DNA of 64,000 bases from the NCBI RefSeq assembly GCF_003334765.1, contig NZ_QOWT01000022.1; one strand, given 5' to 3'. The position numbers and the translations under genes were made by a program. The notes below the pieces were generated by a model. That model saw only the letters and a program-made list of their open reading frames with translations. It was not told where the DNA came from and did no database searches. This DNA is from Escherichia coli (GTDB lineage Bacteria > Pseudomonadota > Gammaproteobacteria > Enterobacterales > Enterobacteriaceae). Of this stretch, positions 7,346 through 16,109 are shown one piece after another (position 1 is the stretch's first letter; each line of letters begins with the position of its first letter).

Positions 7346-8347
7346 ATGGGTGGAGAGACTTCGGCTATACAACGAGTCGCGGGTAAGATTTCTGATGATA
7401 TTTTCTCAGTGTTCAAATGGGATCGTGCCGCTAGAGCGGACATGAATTGGGATTGTTGCCAAGAGGCTCATTCCAAGAAAACACATCCAAGCGATGTTGT
7501 ATTTTTCTACATAGATCCATATGAGGAGGAAATGGTCTATCTCAACACAGACCTCAAAAGCTATGCAGAAGGTACTATTGGGAAAAAAATAGTCGAGGGA
7601 GCTTTAACATCGCTTGCTTTAGCTACCGAGTGTGCAAATGTCAGTGAAGAATGGCGATTGAAATATGTTCATGATGATTCTTTAGGTTATAACGTAAGAG
7701 GGTTATTATTCTTATATAACCATGATAATTTATATGATAAAGACTTCTATGAGAATATTACAAAAAAATTAGATCACTCATCTATAAATTGCCCTCCAAA
7801 CATCAAACTACATTTGCTTGACCCTTATAAAATATCAGATTTGATAAACATATCTTCTGACATAACTAAGTTAATTGGTTCAGGCAAACTTCCTCAACCT
7901 GATAAGTTCACATATTATTATCCAGATCTTTCCCTAACAAGAATAAAGCACCCTATTAATCAGACAACACCTGCAACAATTGAATTATTAACATCACCAT
8001 ACATTATAATAAAGCATGAGGCTTTCAGTTGGCTCAGGGATAAAAACCCTGAGGGATATGTTGTTTATTACAATCAACCGGGGGATTCAGTAGACGAATT
8101 CGTTTACTTCTTTGATATGTTATCAACTTATCAGATATTAACCGAAGGTAAACCAATCGTATTACGCCATTGTCACATTCACCCAAATGAAAATGCCATT
8201 CATCATTTTGAAAGAGCGAAAAAGAAATACAGCACAGACTGGCTCTTAGGCGAGGATGAAAGACTTTTTCTTAAAATTGACTTCGACAAGACAGACAAAA
8301 TTGTTGTTGAATATAATCTTGAACAAATCGGCATGGAGCAACGATAA
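7346..8347 (+). CDS. Hypothetical 333-aa protein with an N-terminal PD-(D/E)xK nuclease-like motif, gene 1 of a 3-gene cargo operon.
   Basis: RBS AAGGAG. The N-terminus has an acidic helix (E4, D17-D18), then HPSD50VVFFY, then VYLNTD69-L-K71, which is the canonical restriction-endonuclease-fold spacing. The gene is AT-rich. I do not recognise the C-terminal ~220 aa. Confidence 0.7.
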   Translation: MGGETSAIQRVAGKISDDIFSVFKWDRAARADMNWDCCQEAHSKKTHPSDVVFFYIDPYEEEMVYLNTDLKSYAEGTIGKKIVEGALTSLALATECANVSEEWRLKYVHDDSLGYNVRGLLFLYNHDNLYDKDFYENITKKLDHSSINCPPNIKLHLLDPYKISDLINISSDITKLIGSGKLPQPDKFTYYYPDLSLTRIKHPINQTTPATIELLTSPYIIIKHEAFSWLRDKNPEGYVVYYNQPGDSVDEFVYFFDMLSTYQILTEGKPIVLRHCHIHPNENAIHHFERAKKKYSTDWLLGEDERLFLKIDFDKTDKIVVEYNLEQIGMEQR

Positions 8348-9426
8348 TGGCTAAAAAACTATATTTCGCAACTGATAAAAATATTTATGATGCATTACAT
8401 CATAAAAGGATAACCGCTGCAAAGTTGCATGAATTATTGTTGAATCGAGGTGTGTTTTTATCACCAGAACTCGACAAGGAAATACTAATCGAGGAAATAT
8501 CCAAACTTCCTCACGGATTTAATGAATTAGAACACATAAAAAAACTGGTCAAAACATATGACCCAAGGGAAAGCACTACTAGTGTGAGCTTCCAAACCTC
8601 AACAAATCAGGCCGAATTAAAAAGTGCTGCTGAAGCACTAAAAAAAACATGCTCCCCTAGTAAAGGTCAAAGCCTGAATATTGTAGCTAAAAAAGATGGC
8701 TCGCTTACAGTAGAATACAAATATGAAGAAATAGACCTGTCTAAAACTGCATTACGTCAGATCGACAAGCGGAATGTTATAATAGAACTTCGCCCTGGAG
8801 CTGACAAAGTTGAAGTACGTATGCCTCAAAACCCCGAGGCAAAAAAAGTTATTGAGAGCTTGCAAAACGAGCTATCTAAAATCAAGTCCGAACCTATCGA
8901 GCGCTTCGAAATATCATTACTAGCAATAACTGATCCTACATTGCGAAGTCAGTTTTTTCAGGAATTAATGAATGGTCTACGCGGTTATGAGACTGATGAC
9001 GTAACAAAAGTCGAATTAAATCGCAGTACTGATGCTAGTGAGGATGAAGACAAGGAAGAAACTATTGATACCGGATTTGTTAAGAAAGCCGTCCTTAATG
9101 GTGAAGGGGTAAATAGTTCAGCTATATTTTCTCAACTACATGAGAAAGGTTATTATATCGGGCGTATTGCATGGTCTTCAAAGCCGACAAGTGGAATTGG
9201 AGACAGAATCAACGTCGAAGCATTTTTCAAAGACTCAGAAAAATGCTGTGACTTTGCCTATCAAATTAAAGGTATAAACAATCAAAAAGAAGACGGTTTC
9301 AATGTAACCATTCGCGCGGCAACGGCACAAGAGAAAAAACATATTAGTGAATTAATTGAGTCCGCCGCTGAAAATGCCTATAATATAATAATAGGATCAG
9401 AGGTGAACGAAGATGAAAAAGGTTAA
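8347..9426 (+). CDS. Hypothetical 359-aa protein, gene 2 of the 3-gene cargo operon.
   Basis: The start overlaps the gene-1 stop (TAATG). It contains an acidic linker, DASEDEDKEE. I recognise no motif. Confidence 0.7.
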   Translation: MAKKLYFATDKNIYDALHHKRITAAKLHELLLNRGVFLSPELDKEILIEEISKLPHGFNELEHIKKLVKTYDPRESTTSVSFQTSTNQAELKSAAEALKKTCSPSKGQSLNIVAKKDGSLTVEYKYEEIDLSKTALRQIDKRNVIIELRPGADKVEVRMPQNPEAKKVIESLQNELSKIKSEPIERFEISLLAITDPTLRSQFFQELMNGLRGYETDDVTKVELNRSTDASEDEDKEETIDTGFVKKAVLNGEGVNSSAIFSQLHEKGYYIGRIAWSSKPTSGIGDRINVEAFFKDSEKCCDFAYQIKGINNQKEDGFNVTIRAATAQEKKHISELIESAAENAYNIIIGSEVNEDEKG

Positions 9427-10096
9427 ATGGCTTAAGTTAAACATACGGCTTGAGTTTGAAACAGCCGTTAGACGTCTTTCTCTTGATTCTTTTACAGAGG
9501 ATAAAGGGAAAGGGTTCATTTTTGATAAAATACGCCATGATTTTGCAAATGGTCGCTTTGTCGAGCGTATTGTTTATCATGATAAAATATTAAGCTTTGA
9601 CGGAAGCGAAACTACCGTTGAAAGAATCGAATATCGCACCACAAATTTTAGCGTGGCTTTAGACTCTCTTCCTGTAATGCAGATTACTAACCCACCCAGA
9701 ACTTTAAAGCCTTTTTCGCAGGCTTTGGTAAAAAATCTTGGCTTAGGTGTTAGTTTGGAAGAAATTGACATAAACCCTATAGACTGGCTTAATGAAATAT
9801 CTTCAAGTGTAAATATCAATTTAACACAACTTGATATTTCAAGGGTTAGAGTTTCTGATTACGCCACAGCTAAAATGCAAATAATTGGCAGCAATGATCT
9901 TAGGAAGTATTATAAAGAAGAATTAGAGGGTAAAAAAATAAGAATTGACAGGCTTGTTTGCTCTGTTAATTCATTAGAATATTCCGGTAAGCTCAAGATC
10001 ACCAATAGCGGCCTTGCTTATATTGATGTTAGAAATGAGAATGAGTTTACGAAAATCGTTTTTGATACGTTAAAAAAAGTCACCCTTCAATCATAG
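9413..10096 (+). CDS. Hypothetical 227-aa protein, gene 3 of the 3-gene cargo operon.
   Basis: The start lies 14 nt inside the end of gene 2. The sequence looks beta-rich. I recognise no motif. Confidence 0.65.
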   Translation: MKKVKWLKLNIRLEFETAVRRLSLDSFTEDKGKGFIFDKIRHDFANGRFVERIVYHDKILSFDGSETTVERIEYRTTNFSVALDSLPVMQITNPPRTLKPFSQALVKNLGLGVSLEEIDINPIDWLNEISSSVNINLTQLDISRVRVSDYATAKMQIIGSNDLRKYYKEELEGKKIRIDRLVCSVNSLEYSGKLKITNSGLAYIDVRNENEFTKIVFDTLKKVTLQS

Positions 10097-10152
10097 ATGG
10101 CTTATAAGGAGTTACTTCACCTAACGCCTCGCCTTACTCGTTGTTCAACCTC

Positions 10153-10183
10153 GTAGGCGTCAGAATCAAGTTCTGACGCCTAC
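10153..10183. terminator. Strong hairpin between the convergent operons (end of the 3-gene operon and end of the dinI-like gene).
   Basis: GTAGGCGTCAGAA-tcaag-TTCTGACGCCTAC, a perfect 13-bp stem. There is no clear U-tract on either strand. Confidence 0.5.
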
Positions 10184-10191
10184 AATGTTTC

Positions 10192-10425
10192 TTAATGCAG
10201 CCAGCTATCGTCCTCCCAGACCTGCTGCATTATTTCCATCACTCGCTTTTTGTCTTCATCCAGTTTTAACCCGCTCAGCTCAACGCCATTGGCGCTGCCC
10301 TTACGGATACGAATTGCTGTTTTGGGATACAGAGGGCGCAAATTACGGTAAAGCTCGGATTCAAGGGCGTCCAGGGTAGACTGGCTAATCTTCTGCTCTT
10401 TATCGATCATTATTTCAATGCGCAT
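10192..10425 (-). CDS. DinI-family protein (77 aa).
   Basis: MRIEIMIDKEQKISQSTLDALESELYRNLRPLYP...IRIRKGSANGVELSGLKLDEDKKRVMEIMQQVWEDDSWL is colinear with E. coli DinI (MRIEVTIAK...ALAGELSRRI...EDKQRISEILQETWE). RBS GAGGTGG. The longer ORF-track start at 10497 was rejected. Confidence 0.8.
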   Translation of the reverse strand: MRIEIMIDKEQKISQSTLDALESELYRNLRPLYPKTAIRIRKGSANGVELSGLKLDEDKKRVMEIMQQVWEDDSWLH

Positions 10426-10435
10426 AAAAGCCACC

Positions 10436-10624
10436 TCAGCTGATGACATCCATTGAGCGGTTGTATTCGTGGGTTCTGATTTTTGCCATGAGTTCATCTG
10501 TCAGTTCAGAAACCCACTGCAGAGCCAGCCCCTTCTCTTCATCACTACACTCACTAGCCGCTACAAGCTTAAGAAAAAAATCAATGCGCTGGAGCTTCAA
10601 AGACTCCAAAAAATAGTCCTGCAT
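10436..10624 (-). CDS. Small hypothetical protein (62 aa), first gene downstream of the LexA box and possibly Tum-like.
   Basis: RBS AGGAGGAAAG precedes the ATG at 10624. The position corresponds to the SOS-controlled tum locus of 186. I did not verify any sequence homology. Confidence 0.5.
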   Translation of the reverse strand: MQDYFLESLKLQRIDFFLKLVAASECSDEEKGLALQWVSELTDELMAKIRTHEYNRSMDVIS

Positions 10625-10665
10625 CTTTCCTCCTATGACACCAAAGCAACACTGTATACATAACC

Positions 10666-10685
10666 ACTGTTTGTATTTACAGTAT
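10666..10685. promoter_or_regulatory. LexA (SOS) box.
   Basis: ACTGTTTGTATTTACAGTAT fits CTG-N10-CAG with the TACTGTATATATATACAGTA consensus flanks. It lies ~40 nt upstream (minus-strand sense) of the 62-aa ORF. Confidence 0.65.
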
Positions 10686-10775
10686 ATAATAATATTACTG
10701 ATGTAAAACGTTTTTTACGTTCATCAGCCTGATATGCCTGGTATTATTAAGAGCACGAATTGTTAACCTGCGTAA

Positions 10776-13190
10776 TTAATACAGGTTCCGCCACTTATCA
10801 TCTTCCTGCAAACGCTGGTTCCGATAGAAGATACGCAGGCCTGCTCCTGACGGAATACTGCCACCACGTAGGAGTAAATCGACCTCTTTCTCGCTGCCAT
10901 CAAATCCTCTGGACTTCAGCTCATAGACGAGCTGCTGTCGCTGATGATCTGTAATTCGCTGTTTGTAGTCTTTACGCCGTTTCAGCTTAACTAGGCGTAA
11001 CCTCGCTGCCAGTTCCCGGCGCTCTTTTTTGCTCATACTGTGCAGGTAATCGTGCAATTCCTTGTCATCCATGCGGGTAATGTCCGTTCTGGTGTCCCCA
11101 TCAGCTGATTTATCTTTATCCTGTTGGTTCAAATTTTCAGCAAGGGGACAGTTATTGCCACGAGTCCAAGGGGCGCAAGCGCCCTGGTCGGCTGCCGCCT
11201 CCTGAACGTCAACGGCTTTACGAACCATTTTCCACTTCACTGCATGAGTGCAGATCTTGCCCTCTGCAATGGGTGACCAGATGCCATAAATACGAATGCC
11301 GTGATCGCCATAGGCGGTCGGCTCTTCGTTGATTTCATAAGCGGTTCTGATGAGGTGATATTTACGGGGAACCAGTACGCCGCCCTGCTTCATGATGTAG
11401 GTGGCAAAACAACCAGCATCAGCAGCAGCCAGAATGGCATCAAGACGCGGGTTATCCAGTACCGGCGCACCTGCTTTTTTGTCACCCTGTTGCCTTGCCG
11501 CCTGACCAGCCAGCAAGCGAAGTTCACGGTAAGCCTGACGCCCCGGAATACCAAAGAAGCGGAATTGCTGAACACGATGCAGAGACGCCCAGGCATTAAC
11601 GTATTCAGCGTTATCACGCAGGGATTTACCCGTTTCCTTGCTGATCTCGCCAGCCAGACCACGCCCGTCAATGTTCTTACTGATGTATTTCGCGATGTAG
11701 CTTGTTGGCGTACCTTTGCGCGGGTTTATCAGCTCAGACTTAAAGCGTGGCCCCGTGTTATTGCCCAGCTCCTCGCGGTCTTCACGGATGGCAAACTTAC
11801 GCAACAATGCAGTAATGGCGCGGCGGTCTTTTTTGCGCATGAAACACAACAGGTGCCAGTGAACTGTGCCGTCATGATGCGGTTCAGCCACCCGCACGCC
11901 ATACCAGCGCAACCCGGCTTTGTGCATAGCCTTACGAAATGCAGCAAACATGCCGACCAGATAATCGCTGCTTTGTCTTACCGTCGCGTTTGTCCAGGTC
12001 GGGTTTGGTCTGCCGTTATTGAGCGTGGAATGGAAACGCGACGGACAGGTGATAGTGTAGAAAACGGCACAGTCACTGCGCATTTCTGCGATAAGCTCCA
12101 GACCTTTAACACAGGCCATCATCTCATTGCGGCGATGCGCCGGGTTGCTGCTGCTGGCGTTTACCACATCCTCCATGTCCAGCGTGTCGCCGTCTTCGTT
12201 CACCAGTTCATGAGAACGGAAAAACTCCAGCGACTTACGGCGCTGCTCACGTTTATGCATCACGGCTTCATAGCTGACATAGGGAGATGCTTTTTTGCTG
12301 ACCAGGCAAACAGCACGCAACTGCTCTTCCCGCCATTCGCAACGCATCTTCCATAATTTCCGGTACCACCAATCGGCGCACAACATACGCGCCAGCGAAC
12401 CCGGAATGAGTTCATAGGGCACGGGTTTACGGCGGTTTCTTTTCCGACGAAGTTGCTCAAACGCAGGCGGGATAACATCCAGTCGCAGGGTTTCTGCTGC
12501 CACCTTTTCCCATGTCTTGCGGATTTCTTCTGGCTTAACATCATCGGTGGCGTACAAATCACCACAAGCGGCATCAAGACACATGCTCATATGCGCAGCG
12601 ACAAGAGTAGACAGGCGTTTCACCTGATCCTGACTCATTTCAGGCAGAATCAGCAGGCCGTCCAGCCCTACATGGCTTGCCATAAAACGAAAAGATGCAG
12701 ATAGCTGGCTGTCGCGTACATGCTCCAGTCGCTCCAAACATGGCTTAATCGTCTCACGCAAATAGCGGGAATAAGCCTTTGGCCTGCCCAGGCTGCTGAA
12801 GTATTCAATACGTTGCATCAGCGGCTTGCTGATATGGGAAGGCTGGGCATTGACGTCCGCCAGAATGACCATATCTGGATTAAAACGCTGCTGCTCATGC
12901 GCCAGCTTTGCCCGACTAATGAGCTTATCCTGCTCCATTTCGCGCTGGACAGGATCACGGGATTCATTAAAGAAATAACGCTCCCAGACCTGATCACTCA
13001 GTGCCTCGCGGCGCAGGTGTTCCTGTTCGTTATCGGCAGCGTACAGAGCGATCAGGTTTGAAAGCGCAGAAACCGGCGCAACTTCCGCCGGGTCCAGATA
13101 AGGGTTAATGGCCTTTTTCGGGCTGTTCCATGAGAACGCTGCGGCAGCCTCGTTAAAGCCGCAGCAGTTGTTCATATCGGCATGGCTCAT
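10776..13190 (-). CDS. A: Replication initiation endonuclease A (P2/186 gpA, HUH rolling-circle nickase).
   Basis: 804 aa. The HUH-type motif is [15 protein letters not shown] and the catalytic Tyr region is [12 protein letters not shown]. Size and position match gpA. Confidence 0.92.
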   Translation of the reverse strand: MSHADMNNCCGFNEAAAAFSWNSPKKAINPYLDPAEVAPVSALSNLIALYAADNEQEHLRREALSDQVWERYFFNESRDPVQREMEQDKLISRAKLAHEQQRFNPDMVILADVNAQPSHISKPLMQRIEYFSSLGRPKAYSRYLRETIKPCLERLEHVRDSQLSASFRFMASHVGLDGLLILPEMSQDQVKRLSTLVAAHMSMCLDAACGDLYATDDVKPEEIRKTWEKVAAETLRLDVIPPAFEQLRRKRNRRKPVPYELIPGSLARMLCADWWYRKLWKMRCEWREEQLRAVCLVSKKASPYVSYEAVMHKREQRRKSLEFFRSHELVNEDGDTLDMEDVVNASSSNPAHRRNEMMACVKGLELIAEMRSDCAVFYTITCPSRFHSTLNNGRPNPTWTNATVRQSSDYLVGMFAAFRKAMHKAGLRWYGVRVAEPHHDGTVHWHLLCFMRKKDRRAITALLRKFAIREDREELGNNTGPRFKSELINPRKGTPTSYIAKYISKNIDGRGLAGEISKETGKSLRDNAEYVNAWASLHRVQQFRFFGIPGRQAYRELRLLAGQAARQQGDKKAGAPVLDNPRLDAILAAADAGCFATYIMKQGGVLVPRKYHLIRTAYEINEEPTAYGDHGIRIYGIWSPIAEGKICTHAVKWKMVRKAVDVQEAAADQGACAPWTRGNNCPLAENLNQQDKDKSADGDTRTDITRMDDKELHDYLHSMSKKERRELAARLRLVKLKRRKDYKQRITDHQRQQLVYELKSRGFDGSEKEVDLLLRGGSIPSGAGLRIFYRNQRLQEDDKWRNLY

Positions 13191-14044
13191 GCACGTACTC
13201 CGTACACGGCAGAACTATCCACGCCACGCGAATAATCAAATCCCACCCAGCAGCGCGGCCCGGAAACAGCAATGATTTCTGTTGCTGATTTACCCTCGCC
13301 AGCTGCCACACCGATGCTGCGTTTTACCTTGATATAGTGGTGAGTAAAATTGCGATACAGCGAACGGATCAGGGATGTATCACTGTTAGAAACAATGACC
13401 GGATGTCCTTCTGATGACCGATGTTCAAGAACGGATGCCAGGTGATACTGGTCATCTTCAGTGAAACCATCAGTGTGATAGCCGGAAAACGTACCGTCAT
13501 ACGGCGGATCGCAATACACCACATCCCCCGCCTTCAACATCGCCAGCGTTTCATCAAAGCTGGCGCAGATAAACGTTGCTCGCTGGGCTTTTTCTGCAAA
13601 TGCGCGAATTTCTTTTTCAGGGAAATACGGATTTTTATAATTACCGTAGGGAATGTTGAAATGCCCGCTCTTGTTATAGCGACATAAACCACGGTAACCG
13701 TGACGATTGAGATACAGGAAATATACCGCTTTCATGAAATCAGTAATTTCAGTTGAGTAATTAAACTCCTGCCTTATGTTGTAATAAGCCCCCCCCCTGT
13801 TTGCGATCTCAAATAAAACTCTGGCGCGAGATATAAACGATTCACAATCAGCAGCAACCTTTTTATAGAGGTTGATTAAATCAGGATTAATATCCGCAAC
13901 AAGATAGCTGGGGTACTCCGTCTCCATCATCACTGCACAGGAACCCGCGAAAGGTTCAACCAGTCGCGGGCCAGCAGGAAGATGCTTTTTCAGTTCGGAC
14001 ATAATGGCGGTTTTATTTCCCGCCCATTTCAGGATGGTGCTCAT
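13187..14044 (-). CDS. dam: Phage-encoded DNA adenine methyltransferase (Dam family, GATC-type).
   Basis: [11 protein letters not shown]..., the SAM motif EPFAGS and the catalytic DPPY motif ([10 protein letters not shown]) are present. The start overlaps the traR-like stop (ATGA) and the stop overlaps the start of A. Confidence 0.9.
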   Translation of the reverse strand: MSTILKWAGNKTAIMSELKKHLPAGPRLVEPFAGSCAVMMETEYPSYLVADINPDLINLYKKVAADCESFISRARVLFEIANRGGAYYNIRQEFNYSTEITDFMKAVYFLYLNRHGYRGLCRYNKSGHFNIPYGNYKNPYFPEKEIRAFAEKAQRATFICASFDETLAMLKAGDVVYCDPPYDGTFSGYHTDGFTEDDQYHLASVLEHRSSEGHPVIVSNSDTSLIRSLYRNFTHHYIKVKRSIGVAAGEGKSATEIIAVSGPRCWVGFDYSRGVDSSAVYGVRA

Positions 14045-14268
14045 ACAGCACCTCCGTTGTAATGTTTGCCTTTCAGCTCTGCGATTTCCTGACAGGTAAT
14101 GCAAAGCTGCACACCCGGAATGGCACGGCGGCGTGCTGGCGGAATTGGCGCTTCACACTCAATGCAAAGCACGCGGGACACGCCCGGCGTTTTGGCACGG
14201 GCAGCACGGATATGACGCTGGCGTTCTTCTTCAACGCGCTGCTGTACGAGATCCATTGCATCAGCCAT
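14041..14268 (-). CDS. TraR/DksA-family C4 zinc-finger protein (P2 orf82-like).
   Basis: 75 aa with CIECEAPIP...CITCQ, four Cys in CxxC...CxxC spacing. This is the usual position upstream of A in P2-like phages. Confidence 0.8.
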   Translation of the reverse strand: MADAMDLVQQRVEEERQRHIRAARAKTPGVSRVLCIECEAPIPPARRRAIPGVQLCITCQEIAELKGKHYNGGAV

Positions 14269-14507
14269 TAGTGGATCTCCTGCGCTTCGTTCTGGATTGC
14301 TTCAGCTGCCACACGCAGCAGTTCAGCCGCTTCAACGTGGTTTAGCTGGCGGGATGTGATATGGCACGCAAGGCTATCAAGGCGAGCTGCCATTGCTTCA
14401 GCTCTTGCCCGACGTTCTTCCAGACGAGCCTCTGTCAGTAAAATATTAAGTCCTGCGTCATCCGGTCCGGTTTTAGTCGAGAGGGTTTCAATATTACGCA
14501 TAATCAA
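14268..14507 (-). CDS. Small early-operon protein (DUF2732-like by recollection).
   Basis: 79-aa helical protein (...ARLEERRARAEAMAARLDSLACHI...VEAAELLR...), coupled to the downstream gene. The family assignment is from memory only. Confidence 0.55.
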   Translation of the reverse strand: MIMRNIETLSTKTGPDDAGLNILLTEARLEERRARAEAMAARLDSLACHITSRQLNHVEAAELLRVAAEAIQNEAQEIH

Positions 14508-14568
14508 TTCTCCTGAATTTAGATAAAGGAATGCCCGGCGGGTTTACGCCATGAATTTCATTAATTGG

Positions 14569-14910
14569 TTAATTCGGCATGGCTAGCCGTCTGGGAAATA
14601 AGCTCACCACTGCACGAAGATGATTCATTACTTTAATCAACTCCCGCTTTTCGTCAGTGGTCAGCTCATTAATGCTGATGCTATGACGTTCAGCTGGAAT
14701 TTTTGCTATAAAGAATATAGCAGCCAGTGCTCGTTTATTTCGTTCATAATTAATATCCCGTGGATCACGCATATCTTTAATAAACCGCTCAAGCTCTGAC
14801 TCAATATTCAGGCCAAAAACTTTCGCCCTTAACTCTGCAATGTGATTAAGTCCATTCAGGCGTTCACCGGGGCTTAATGGAACAGTTGCTGCAGCGCCAT
14901 TAATTGCCAT
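14569..14910 (-). CDS. Hypothetical 113-aa early-operon protein.
   Basis: Clean ORF in the early operon, somewhat more AT-rich than its neighbours. I recognise no motif. Confidence 0.5.
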   Translation of the reverse strand: MAINGAAATVPLSPGERLNGLNHIAELRAKVFGLNIESELERFIKDMRDPRDINYERNKRALAAIFFIAKIPAERHSISINELTTDEKRELIKVMNHLRAVVSLFPRRLAMPN

Positions 14911-14932
14911 ACTTCATATCCCCCAAACGCAG

Positions 14933-15157
14933 CTATCGTTCTTTGTTCTTACGGTAACGCTCAAGAGGAGATACATTTTTTCGTATCGTCTCTTTAACCT
15001 GCTCTCCCCGTAAAAACGTCCCATCCTTTAACGTGAAAAAGTAACTGCCATCGCCCGACAATGACGGATAGCAACAGAGCAAATCATCTTCAGGTACTGA
15101 ATAACTCTCCCCTCTGTAACGAAACTGATAAACCACTTCACTTTCTGCCGCATACAT
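14933..15157 (-). CDS. Hypothetical 74-aa early-operon protein.
   Basis: RBS GGAGAAAG precedes the ATG at 15157. The amino-acid composition is plausible (MYAAESEVVYQFRYRGESYSVPEDD...). Confidence 0.5.
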   Translation of the reverse strand: MYAAESEVVYQFRYRGESYSVPEDDLLCCYPSLSGDGSYFFTLKDGTFLRGEQVKETIRKNVSPLERYRKNKER

Positions 15158-15324
15158 TTGGACTTTCTCCGTTTCCTCGTGGTCAATTCAGACAGCAATT
15201 CATCTTGTGAATGACATGGATGCCAGCGTTTTCCATCCTCACCCGTGATCCAGCCGTGACCGTAGTGCATTGCCGGGCTTTGTTTTACCAGCAGCGATGC
15301 AAATGATGGTTCTTTCGTCAGCAT
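15028..15324 (-). CDS. Fil-like protein (186 fil position). The 3' ~43 codons overlap the next gene out of frame.
   Basis: MLTKEPSFASLLVKQSPAMHYGHGWITGEDGKRWHPC resembles what I recall of 186 Fil. The tail (KVKWFISFVTEGRVIQYLKMICSVAIRH...) looks non-protein-like, suggesting a lost stop codon or an over-extended ORF. Confidence 0.4.
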   Translation of the reverse strand: MLTKEPSFASLLVKQSPAMHYGHGWITGEDGKRWHPCHSQDELLSELTTRKRRKSKCMRQKVKWFISFVTEGRVIQYLKMICSVAIRHCRAMAVTFSR

Positions 15325-15331
15325 AAGCACC

Positions 15332-15841
15332 TCACAGCAAACCGAATGAAGCACCGAGGCCAGTCACGGTATCAACTGCACTCGCCATCGCAGGATTAGC
15401 CTGTAAACGGGCCTGCAATGAAACAGCAGCCAGCGCCATCAGTCGTGTTACAGAGTTAATGCTGCTGATAGCATCACGACGACCGGCACTAGTTTTTACA
15501 TCACCAGATACCGCACCTGCTGCAACACGCCCGATCTCTGCAGTTGCGCTCATGACGTAATGCGGCAGTTTCTCTTTTGCTACCTCATTAATCGGTACAC
15601 ATGGCAGACAATGAATCTGTGCCAGAAAACCATCTACCAACGTTGAATCTTCAGTCAGATCGGTAAGCAGCCAGATTTCTGGTGCGGTTAATAAATGAGG
15701 TTGAGCTGGGTTCAGCTTGTTCCGCAGAATCTGCACATTCATGCCCGCACGTTCTGCCAGTTGCACCAGATTGTGGCGCAGTGCGAATGCACGACAGGCT
15801 TCATCAAAATGTGGATGTTTGGAAACTTGGTAATCAAACAT
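15332..15841 (-). CDS. cII: CII lysogeny-establishment transcriptional activator (phage 186 CII homologue, 169 aa).
   Basis: [24 protein letters not shown]...[30 protein letters not shown]...GASFGLL is nearly colinear with remembered 186 CII. The ATG at 15841 has a GGAG RBS. The TTG start at 15850 was rejected. Confidence 0.85.
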   Translation of the reverse strand: MFDYQVSKHPHFDEACRAFALRHNLVQLAERAGMNVQILRNKLNPAQPHLLTAPEIWLLTDLTEDSTLVDGFLAQIHCLPCVPINEVAKEKLPHYVMSATAEIGRVAAGAVSGDVKTSAGRRDAISSINSVTRLMALAAVSLQARLQANPAMASAVDTVTGLGASFGLL

Positions 15842-15905
15842 GGTTTTCAACTCCGAACTTATCGCAAAATCGAACTCAGCGTCTTATTGCGAAAATAGAC
15901 GTCTA

Positions 15906-16109
15906 TTAAGCAGACAAAGCATCAACAGTCAGAGCAGCCAGGTTAATCATTACCTTTTCACGTTTTTTGTCTTTACGAAGACGATGACGAGGTAGTCGGC
16001 CATCAGCCAACATGTCGTTAATCGTATCAATAGAAAGGCCAGTCAGTTCGCTATAACGTTCGATTGTGACATGTGGTGTATTCAGAGTAATTGAAATGTT
16101 AGGTGTCAT
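15906..16109 (-). CDS. Apl/Cox-like HTH protein (early lytic repressor of the lysogenic promoter / excisionase).
   Basis: 67 aa, the first gene of the lytic operon and divergent/face-to-face with cI. It has an HTH-like segment, [25 protein letters not shown]. Confidence 0.65.
   Translation of the reverse strand: MTPNISITLNTPHVTIERYSELTGLSIDTINDMLADGRLPRHRLRKDKKREKVMINLAALTVDALSA

Noticed and set aside
7222-7443. 73-aa minus-strand ORF overlapping the 5' end of the 3-gene operon.
   Set aside because: It has no RBS, is antisense to a well-supported gene and its leader, and has a Cys-rich unnatural composition.
10625-10665. A second LexA box overlapping the first (CTGTATACATAACCAC).
   Set aside because: It has CTG but CAC instead of CAG at the distal half-site, so it is only a half-match. 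It is noted in the finding but not annotated as a feature.
11301-12356. 351-aa plus-strand ORF inside gene A, plus several smaller ORFs between 11390 and 13061.
   Set aside because: These are shadow ORFs antisense to the well-supported 804-aa replication endonuclease gene.
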